Shown here: one piece after another, positions 56,609 through 64,000 of the stretch
Layout: each line of letters begins with the position of its first letter
Numbering within the stretch: position 1 is the stretch's first letter
Source of the DNA: a virus
Taxonomy: Duplodnaviria; Caudoviricetes
Length of the DNA stretch: 64,000 bases
Reading direction: 5' to 3' (one strand)
Virus record (IMG/VR): IMGVR_UViG_3300033076_001039
Coordinates: 1 to 64,000 of that record
The notes under the pieces: model-generated
Database searches by the model: none
Told to the model about the DNA's origin: nothing
What the model saw: the letters and a program-made list of their open reading frames with translations, nothing else
Program-made: the position numbers and the translations under genes

Positions 56609-58138
56609 ATGAAAAAGACAGAAGAGAAAATCCAACAACTAGAATTACAGATACTTGAAAATCACGTAAAGAAAGAAAAAGAGTTGTTGATTACAGAAAT
56701 GAAAAAAATCGGAATAGAGAAACTACCTTATTCCTACTCAGCCCTCAAACAGTTTATTGACCCCGAAACTATGAGTTTCCATTACAATAAACATTATAAA
56801 GGGTATGTAGACAAATTAAACGACGCACTTTCAAAGAAAAAATACGGGGATTTAGATTTAGAAAAAATCATCAAGACAATTAGTCGTTTTGATAAAACAA
56901 TCCGAAACAACGCAGGTGGGGCATTTAACCACGCTTTGTTTTGGAATATGTTGACACCCGACCCAAAGAAACTTACTGGTGACCTTTACAAAAAGATTAC
57001 AAAACAGTGGGGGACATTCACAAATTTCAAAAAAGAATTTGAAAAAGTTGCCAAAGAAAGATTTGGTTCAGGTTGGGTGTGGTTAGTATTAACCTCCAAA
57101 AACACTTTGAAGATTATGTCTACACCAAACCAAGACAATCCATTAATGAATGTGATTGAAGGCGGGGGATTTCCATTGTTGGGATTAGATTTGTGGGAAC
57201 ACGCATATTATTTGAAGTACCGAAACAAAAGAGACGAATACATTACAAACTTTTGGAAAGTTGTGAATTGGGATTTTGTTACTAAAATGTACGAAATGAA
57301 AATTGAAACCAAATTATTAGAATCCACAAAAATGAAACAAGTTTTAAGTGAAGGTAAATCTGAAATGTGTTCCAAATCAGAAAATGAATTTTATAGAATG
57401 TTATTTAATGTCAACCAAGAAATTAAATGGACATATATGAATGCAATCAATAAAATTATGAGGGAAGTTTTTAGTGATAATTTTATTGAGAAACCTGATA
57501 ACAACCAACTTTCGGGGGTTTACGACCTTGAGGGTCCTGGTAGGTCTGTTATAAACAAACTTAATACTAACTACACATCATTCTGTATTTTACTAAAAGA
57601 TGTTAACCAAGTTATCGCAACTATACCAAATAAAAAACCTATTGTCTTTATTGATAAAACTCCCGCAGAACAGAAAAAAGAAATAGAAAGATTTATCGGA
57701 GCGTTAAATCATTTTAAGTATAGAATCTTTGATAAAGATAGTTCTACATTACATAATCTACTAAGAACATTAACTGAAAAAGATAAAGCGGGTAGTAAAA
57801 GAGAAGAGATTACCGCAGCAATACTTAGAAGATTTTTTGGTAAATCTGCAAAGGTTGAGTTAGTTGGTGAATTAGGTAATAAAAAAGATGCTATCCAAGG
57901 AGTTGATTTAGAAATTACTAAGGACGGTCAACTACACACAGCACAAGTAAAACCATTCAGAGAAATGAAAATTGGTGATGATGGTATTACTTTAGAAGGT
58001 ACTGCAAGTGTTAAATTATATAAGACAGATTGGATGGTTTTTCAAAAAGGAAAGAATGTTTTAGTCTTTAATCAAAAACCAAAAATTGTTGGTGGTAATT
58101 TTGTTTTCCCACCTGAGTCACTTTTATATAACATATAA
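56609..58138 (+). CDS. sodA: Fe/Mn superoxide dismutase (Mn-type signature) fused to a C-terminal PD-(D/E)xK-like domain
   Basis: LPYSYSAL, HYNKH, NNAGGAFNHALFW, FGSGWVWL, NQDNP and DLWEHAYY, followed by ~275 extra aa containing E...GVDL...AQVK. Confidence 0.88.
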   Translation: MKKTEEKIQQLELQILENHVKKEKELLITEMKKIGIEKLPYSYSALKQFIDPETMSFHYNKHYKGYVDKLNDALSKKKYGDLDLEKIIKTISRFDKTIRNNAGGAFNHALFWNMLTPDPKKLTGDLYKKITKQWGTFTNFKKEFEKVAKERFGSGWVWLVLTSKNTLKIMSTPNQDNPLMNVIEGGGFPLLGLDLWEHAYYLKYRNKRDEYITNFWKVVNWDFVTKMYEMKIETKLLESTKMKQVLSEGKSEMCSKSENEFYRMLFNVNQEIKWTYMNAINKIMREVFSDNFIEKPDNNQLSGVYDLEGPGRSVINKLNTNYTSFCILLKDVNQVIATIPNKKPIVFIDKTPAEQKKEIERFIGALNHFKYRIFDKDSSTLHNLLRTLTEKDKAGSKREEITAAILRRFFGKSAKVELVGELGNKKDAIQGVDLEITKDGQLHTAQVKPFREMKIGDDGITLEGTASVKLYKTDWMVFQKGKNVLVFNQKPKIVGGNFVFPPESLLYNI

Positions 58139-58161
58139 TAAACTAAAAGATATTTATTAGT

Positions 58162-59283
58162 ATGTCAGTTATACCAGAACCAGAAAGGTCAAAAATTTAT
58201 ACAAGAGTAAAACATCTCTTGGGTGCTCCATTACGTAGTGTTGAAGTCACTGACGAAATGATGGATTCATTAATGGAATTATCTATTCAGGATTATGAAC
58301 AATACATTCTGAATTGGTTGATTGATAGCCAATGGGTAAACTTGGTGAATCTTAACATGACGGAAAAATCAGTTGCACAAGCATTGATAACAAGAACTAT
58401 GGATTTCGAACAACAGTTCTCATACTCGTATTCCAAAATTGTTGGACTACAGGCAATGGGACCTTGGGTTTTGAAAAAAGATTATGTTATTCTTGAAAGA
58501 GATAAACAAAACTACGAAATACCTGCTGGTCGTGAGATAAATGAAGTATTATGGTTTAGTAATCAACCATGGACTGCATTTGGTTTAGGGGGTATTGGTG
58601 GATTTGGTGGTGTTGGTTTAGGTGCTAACGAAGCTGGATTTGCACAAATGGGATACCAAGGTTCTTATTTTATGATGTCAGGTTTTGACTATTTGATAAG
58701 AATGCAAGAAGCAAACATTCTAAATAGAATTCTTGGTGGTTCGTTAACTTATAGAATTACAGCACTACCTGATGGTAAAAAAGATTTACAACTTTATAAC
58801 ACACCTGGCGGAAATTTCAATTGGAGTAACTATAGTGAATATGTTGGTAAAGCCGTTTGGTATTGGTATTATGATGTAACACCTGACAGTAGAGCGGATT
58901 GTTTGAAAAATAATCCTGATGTAATCAAAATGCCTAATGACGTTCCATTAGAAGAACTTACTTGGAGTGACCTTAACGTACCTGCACAACAGTGGGTTAG
59001 AAGGTGGTTTACCGCTTATGTAAAAGAAACTTTAGGTAGAGTTAGAGGAAAATATAGTGGTAATTTAAAAACTCCTGACTCTGAACTACAAATGGACTAC
59101 ACAAGTTTATTGACTGAAGGTAAGGATGAAAAAACAAAACTAATTGAGGAACTTACAGGTGCTGAAGGTTGGTTAACAAGATTAAGACCTGAAAAAGTAA
59201 TGGAAAAAGAGGCCTTAATTGCAGAAAACTTAAATAAACAAATGAAGTTTAGGGCGATGCCTCGTCAAATATATGTAATTTAA
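58162..59283 (+). CDS. Neck protein (T4 gp13-like)
   Basis: LLGAPLRSVEVTDEMM...; C-terminal WVRRWFTAYVKETLGRVRGKYSG. Confidence 0.8.
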   Translation: MSVIPEPERSKIYTRVKHLLGAPLRSVEVTDEMMDSLMELSIQDYEQYILNWLIDSQWVNLVNLNMTEKSVAQALITRTMDFEQQFSYSYSKIVGLQAMGPWVLKKDYVILERDKQNYEIPAGREINEVLWFSNQPWTAFGLGGIGGFGGVGLGANEAGFAQMGYQGSYFMMSGFDYLIRMQEANILNRILGGSLTYRITALPDGKKDLQLYNTPGGNFNWSNYSEYVGKAVWYWYYDVTPDSRADCLKNNPDVIKMPNDVPLEELTWSDLNVPAQQWVRRWFTAYVKETLGRVRGKYSGNLKTPDSELQMDYTSLLTEGKDEKTKLIEELTGAEGWLTRLRPEKVMEKEALIAENLNKQMKFRAMPRQIYVI

Positions 59284-59286
59284 TTT

Positions 59287-59622
59287 ATGGCAATTCTTAA
59301 AACAATACCATCAAGAAGAATAATAAATGGTCAAGTTATTGATACATCTGAAATTTCAATAGTATCAGAAAGAGAGTACAGAACAGACGGTGAATCTTGT
59401 ATTGTCGTTAGAAACGTTATAGATTCCACCGTAATCTTGGATTCAAAAACCACAGACCATGTTGTTATTAAATCTATGACAAATTTAACAATTAGACCCG
59501 ATGTTGGTCGAATCGATGAAGATTACGATGAAATTGTTGCCGACAAATACGCTTGTATTGAATTTAGATTTTGTGCTGGTAATTGGTATATTATTTCATC
59601 AGACGGTCTCAAGAATTCCTAA
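59287..59622 (+). CDS. Small beta-rich hypothetical protein, probably structural
   Basis: 111 aa ending GNWYII; 3 nt after the neck gene. Confidence 0.6.
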   Translation: MAILKTIPSRRIINGQVIDTSEISIVSEREYRTDGESCIVVRNVIDSTVILDSKTTDHVVIKSMTNLTIRPDVGRIDEDYDEIVADKYACIEFRFCAGNWYIISSDGLKNS

Positions 59623-62328
59623 TTTTTCTTCCCAACCCTCTTCAGCTAAATCATACATATAGTCTGGTTTCAAACCACGTTTTTCCCAATATTTTAATTC
59701 TTGTTCTGTAATATCAAGAACGTCTTCATTTAACCTATCTTGGTCGCCTTCACCTAATGGATGTCCATTAATCAATTCACATTGTGATTTAGTGAAAATA
59801 CCTCTTTTTTCAGGGTCATTAACAATAAGGTTATGCCTAACCTCATCTTGAAATACTACCATCAAAGGTTCGATACGTTTGTTAAATGTTGTGATTGCTC
59901 TTGGAACATTATAGTCCCCTGTAAGATTTGGGTCTTTCTCTAAAATGTCTTTATCCAACATATAACAATTCAGTTGTACCCCATCTCCTTTTTTCTGAAC
60001 ATCACCATGAGATGCTTTCAAACCATTATTAACATACATGATTACATCACCAAGGTTCACACTCAAATTTTCATGTAAAGCTAATTCCATGTGAGCCATA
60101 CGACTCATACTATTACCCGCTTTGGTTTTTGTGGTTAACCTTTTCTTATAATCCTCAAGAGTTAATTTAACTTTTGCTCGTTGAGCAATCTTACTTAATG
60201 GTATTTGTTTATCAAATATTTTCTGAAGGTATTCATAGTAATATTCTACAAACGCTTGTCCGTCACCTTCTAATAACATCTTAATACCCTTATCCAAAAA
60301 CTCCTCAATATATAATGGAAGTTTCTTTGATTTGATACTGTTACCTGTCAATTTGATTTTACCTTTGGCGTCCATAACCGCATAATTCTTACGAGCCAAG
60401 TTAATACAAGATGGCCAAACCCCATCCGTATCGAGAGCCATCTCACCTCTCATGAATATATCGTTATACTCCGCAACATCTGCTTCAGGTCCATAATATT
60501 CTTTACCTTCCTTAACCTTCCAATTTAATCCACGACCAACATAAACTCGGTCTTTTGCATCATCAGGGGTTGAGAAGTTCACACCGTCCGTATCCATTAC
60601 CAAAGGAACATACCCTTTTGACATAAAGAACTTAATCATCTGACGAAGGTATTGTCGACCTGTACAGGTAATCTGTTCACCCATATACATGTCACCCCAA
60701 GCATAAACTTGTGGCGCTGACAACGCACCGAACATTGAGTTGATAAAGATTTTAATCGGTAACTGTTTGTTTCCGTATGATTCGGATAACTTACGGTCAG
60801 TCTCATAATACTGTTCTGCAAGTTGTTTGTATTTGATACGAGTATCACGGAAGTATTTTAACATTCCTTTCATCGCACCTGTTACATCACATTTGGGGAA
60901 TACATCGTGAACCAACTGAATAGATGGGTATAGAGACGAGAAGTCGAGCTTAAGTACGTTCTTACTATAACCAACTTTAAGAAGTCGTGAAAGACCACCT
61001 ACGAAGTCAGTCTTACCTTGTTTTTCGGGGATTGCAAGTCCATGTTTGTAAGACCAAGCCAACATCAACATTTTCCATAGAGTTGCAGTACCCATCGTAG
61101 ATACTCGTTCATAGGTTGTTGGAATCATTGCCGCAAGTAGGAATGAACCTTGGTTGAACTCTTGGTCCACTTTTAAGGTTTCATCTAAGTCATCGTCAAG
61201 ATACATCTCAACAATCTTATCTCCCGTAACTTTTTTATATACGTTAGGGAACCTAACATCCAAATCATTATATTCAGGATTGTCGGCTTTTTTATATTTA
61301 CCGTTTTGAGTATTTAACCAATACTCCTCTCTGTTGATATAAAGTTTACCGATATTGTCGTGGTCAATATAAACACGACTTGGAGATTCAGCGTTGATGT
61401 ATTTGGTAATATACTTCAAACCCGCAGCTTTGATACTTGAATTGATTGCTTGAGCTCTACGAACTGCGTGGATAATGTCAATTACATTATAACCCCAAAT
61501 AGAAGTTTGAGTATATGTCTCCACTTCGTTTGCAAGTTTTAGCATTGAGTCTTTTCTTGTAAATGAATGTTGGGGGTGTAATGACTTACAAATCTTCTTT
61601 GGGTCAATTCCTAATATTCTACAACGTTCAAAAATCCAATGCCAGTCGAAGTTTGCTGAATTGTAACCACCGATGATACTTGGTTTTAGTTCGTTGATTA
61701 CGTTGAAGAATTCGATGATTGCGTTTCGTTCTTCGGACTCATCAATACATTCGATAACTCTGTGATAACCCTTATTCGTTTTAATTCCAATCATGAAGAT
61801 ACGACCGTCCTGTGGTTCAAGAGCGGTCGTCTCCAAGTCATATACGAGTCGGGTCACTTCATCGTAGTTTTCAAATCCTTTAAATAGTCGTTTTTCTTTT
61901 GAGATGAGGTATTGTTCTACAGGTGGAAGGATAATAATCTTATCCTTTGTCTTTTCACCCCAAGGGTCACAACCACCTTCTCTAAAGAACTGAATAAGTT
62001 CTCTATACCCTTTAAGAGATTTAACCATAAAGGTCATACCTCGTTCTAATCGTTCATCCCCGTGAGTTTCCAATTTATCAATCACGATGCCGTGTTTCGT
62101 CATCGCTTCTTTTTGTTTTGGTTTTGAACCACCATAAAAGTTAATGTTTCTTAAATCACCAACCCATGCAAATGGTGTAAACGTATCCTTACGGATTTCT
62201 TTACCCTTACCAGGAATTTCTTTGATTTTGTAAATTGAGTTGGATGCGTAGTCAAATTCGATTGCTACTATAAATTCTTCAGGGTCATTACCGTGCAAGA
62301 ATGCTTCGATTTCTTCGTTTGATATCAT
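59599..62328 (-). CDS. polB: Family B DNA polymerase with 3'-5' exonuclease
   Basis: ExoI YDLET, ExoII YNSANFD, ExoIII YLDDD, motif A LDFSSLYPS, motif B KIFINSMFG, motif C MDTDG. Confidence 0.95.
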   Translation of the reverse strand: MISNEEIEAFLHGNDPEEFIVAIEFDYASNSIYKIKEIPGKGKEIRKDTFTPFAWVGDLRNINFYGGSKPKQKEAMTKHGIVIDKLETHGDERLERGMTFMVKSLKGYRELIQFFREGGCDPWGEKTKDKIIILPPVEQYLISKEKRLFKGFENYDEVTRLVYDLETTALEPQDGRIFMIGIKTNKGYHRVIECIDESEERNAIIEFFNVINELKPSIIGGYNSANFDWHWIFERCRILGIDPKKICKSLHPQHSFTRKDSMLKLANEVETYTQTSIWGYNVIDIIHAVRRAQAINSSIKAAGLKYITKYINAESPSRVYIDHDNIGKLYINREEYWLNTQNGKYKKADNPEYNDLDVRFPNVYKKVTGDKIVEMYLDDDLDETLKVDQEFNQGSFLLAAMIPTTYERVSTMGTATLWKMLMLAWSYKHGLAIPEKQGKTDFVGGLSRLLKVGYSKNVLKLDFSSLYPSIQLVHDVFPKCDVTGAMKGMLKYFRDTRIKYKQLAEQYYETDRKLSESYGNKQLPIKIFINSMFGALSAPQVYAWGDMYMGEQITCTGRQYLRQMIKFFMSKGYVPLVMDTDGVNFSTPDDAKDRVYVGRGLNWKVKEGKEYYGPEADVAEYNDIFMRGEMALDTDGVWPSCINLARKNYAVMDAKGKIKLTGNSIKSKKLPLYIEEFLDKGIKMLLEGDGQAFVEYYYEYLQKIFDKQIPLSKIAQRAKVKLTLEDYKKRLTTKTKAGNSMSRMAHMELALHENLSVNLGDVIMYVNNGLKASHGDVQKKGDGVQLNCYMLDKDILEKDPNLTGDYNVPRAITTFNKRIEPLMVVFQDEVRHNLIVNDPEKRGIFTKSQCELINGHPLGEGDQDRLNEDVLDITEQELKYWEKRGLKPDYMYDLAEEGWEEKLGILETV

Positions 62329-62416
62329 AATAATATTTCGTTGGTTTATTAGCTCTCACACCGTCGTGAGGTTTACCTTCGTAAATAAATATAAATGAAA
62401 AAACGGATTAATCAAA

Positions 62417-62794
62417 TTAACAACACGCAGTTTCTTTAATAAAACTTGGTTGTATGTTAATATATAATTCCTCCCTAATAGGTAATATTAAATCTCCTTC
62501 ATCATTCTTAATTAAGAACTGACCAACATATCTACCAGGTGTGTTAGTGTCTCTCGCTGAAAATTTATAGTAGATATAATATTCGGGTGCGGCGCCTAAT
62601 GGTAGTATAAGTGAAACGATTTCACAAGGGGCCGACACTATTTTAGGAATTTCAGTTTCAACGTCAATCATAGTGAAGAAAATAGTAGAAACTTCTAAGT
62701 CTTGCATCAACTCTAAGTAACCTGCTCTACCATCTTTAACTACTTGCATTTTTAATACAGGTAGTGTCGCATTTTGTTTAATAAAGAATTCCAT
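62417..62794 (-). CDS. BppU N-terminal-like Ig-fold protein (putative fibre/baseplate adaptor)
   Basis: FFIKQNATLP.L...YKFSARDTNTPGRYVGQF...LILP pattern. Confidence 0.55.
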   Translation of the reverse strand: MEFFIKQNATLPVLKMQVVKDGRAGYLELMQDLEVSTIFFTMIDVETEIPKIVSAPCEIVSLILPLGAAPEYYIYYKFSARDTNTPGRYVGQFLIKNDEGDLILPIREELYINIQPSFIKETACC

Positions 62795-62810
62795 AACAAT
62801 AAATATATTG

Positions 62811-64000
62811 TTATGACTCTTTTCTTAAACTTCTTTCGTAATGTTCAAATCGGTCATGTTCTGTTGGTGTCATTAATAACAATCCTGGATATAATTCACC
62901 TTTTTTAACGAGTTGATACATATGACTCATCCATGTTTGTTCAAATGGGTGACCCCATGTTGTATCCAAAAACATTTTTTTATTTCCTGTTCTTGTTACA
63001 ATTTGAGGCCAATTACAATAATAAACCTCACCTGTCACATATGGAATCCCTTGGAATGAGTTAATAGAGTCGTAAACAGCTCTTGGCGCATTTGGGTCTA
63101 GTCCTACATTAGGTAATCTATTTTTACCTGGCCAAAACTTTTCCCTAACATCTTGTGGTACATTATACCAAGACCACTGAGTTCCATTATCACCAAAGAA
63201 TTCACTATAATTAAGTTTTAAAAAATCAAAATTTTCTTTTTTAACAATTTGTAATGTTTTAGAATAAAGATTTGGAACGTATCTATTGAATCCATTTCTA
63301 CAAACTTCACCTTCATGGGGGTAAAAGAACATATCATCTTCGAAGAACAAATAAAAATCTAAATCTGTTTCATTTTGAAAATGTTCTGCAATCCATTGTC
63401 TACCACCACAAATACCTAAGTTGTCTTTCTTGATATGTTCGAAACCATATTCTTCGCAAATTTCAGCATAGTCATTAAATGTTGATTCGTCAGTTGAGTT
63501 ATCTAATAAAAACTTTTTGGTTTTTAGAATATAATCTTTATCATACGCATTCATTGATTCAATCAATGTTAAGAATTGCTTTGGACTATTAAATGTAATT
63601 ACATATAAACCAACTTTATTAACATCCAAAGAATTTGTAATATTTCTTGGGCTTTCCGATTTAGGGACTAAAGTATCATTTTTTAATTCCTCAAAAAATT
63701 TACCAACTAAACCGTTTGATTCAATTTCAAAATAATTAATCAAATCAGAATGTTTATAACACATAATACTAAAGATTGATTCTTCAGTACCCATATAACC
63801 TTCTTCTAAAGTGGTTTTTAATAGGTTATAATAAATCCCATTAATATCTGCAATTGTATGTTTTGGACCACCAAAGAAACCACCACGAGCAACTTTATTA
63901 ACCTTGGCACCCGCAAGTGAATTTAACTTATTATATTCAAAACCATGAATTTCTTTTTCTGCATCATAAGGGAAACAAATGAATGAAAATTTTGAAATAT
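62811..64000 (-). CDS. Two-domain glycosyltransferase (HtrL/YibB-like plus GT-A/GT2-like); 5'-partial
   Basis: Frame stays open from 63794 to the window edge (ISKFSFICFPY...ARGGFFGG...LLKTTLEEGYMGTEESIF). C-terminal half reads LYVITFN...LLDNS...NLGICGGR...LFFEDD. Confidence 0.75.
   Translation of the reverse strand, partial: ISKFSFICFPYDAEKEIHGFEYNKLNSLAGAKVNKVARGGFFGGPKHTIADINGIYYNLLKTTLEEGYMGTEESIFSIMCYKHSDLINYFEIESNGLVGKFFEELKNDTLVPKSESPRNITNSLDVNKVGLYVITFNSPKQFLTLIESMNAYDKDYILKTKKFLLDNSTDESTFNDYAEICEEYGFEHIKKDNLGICGGRQWIAEHFQNETDLDFYLFFEDDMFFYPHEGEVCRNGFNRYVPNLYSKTLQIVKKENFDFLKLNYSEFFGDNGTQWSWYNVPQDVREKFWPGKNRLPNVGLDPNAPRAVYDSINSFQGIPYVTGEVYYCNWPQIVTRTGNKKMFLDTTWGHPFEQTWMSHMYQLVKKGELYPGLLLMTPTEHDRFEHYERSLRKES

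Noticed and set aside
6499-60848. Numerous 60-115 aa ORFs nested in or antisense to long genes
   Set aside because: They overlap well-supported genes, have no motifs and lack upstream signals.
22727-62328. Eukaryotic giant virus origin, suggested by eukaryote-like RNR, PolB and SNF2
   Set aside because: Sheath, tube and baseplate genes, bacterial promoter and terminators, and overlapping operonic genes indicate a tailed phage.
1-64000. tRNA, rRNA, integrase, transposase or diversity-generating retroelement
   Set aside because: Intergenic gaps are short (about 120 nt or less) and show no cloverleaf by eye; no recombinase or reverse transcriptase ORF is present. A tRNAscan/Infernal run would confirm.

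Overview
Gene-dense, AT-rich 64 kb piece of a large contractile-tailed (T4-like/jumbo myovirus) phage genome in standard code 11, almost all on the minus strand. The host is probably Bacteroidota (inference): leaders are A-rich and lack Shine-Dalgarno sites, there is an SprB-repeat protein, and the class Ia RNR is in nrdB-nrdA order. Left to right: a giant Gly-Ser/Thr collagen-like fibre running off the left edge (missed by the ORF track), a Pro/Thr-rich protein, an SprB-repeat protein and baseplate wedge genes. Next is a terminator-bounded replication operon (ssb, recA, 5'-3' exonuclease, helicase, nrdB, nrdA) behind a perfect TTGACA-N17-TATAAT promoter. Then a 2450-aa hub, a LysM protein, a tube initiator carrying an OmpA-like domain, tape measure, tail chaperone, tube, a HAD enzyme, sheath, an unlisted RHH regulator, tail-completion and neck genes. 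Last come a plus-strand island (SNF2 ATPase, Mn-type SOD fused to a PD-(D/E)xK-like domain, neck gp13), family B DNA polymerase and a two-domain glycosyltransferase running off the right edge. Most notable: (1) the SOD-nuclease-fold fusion and other enzymes carry (I/L)-x-E leaders suggesting protease-processed head cargo; (2) a candidate +1/-2 frameshift at UUU_UUU_CGC in the tail chaperone; (3) a sense-strand TATTTAT element before 15 genes; (4) a baseplate built from bacterial envelope/adhesin domains. All family calls come from reading motifs by eye; no database searches were run.
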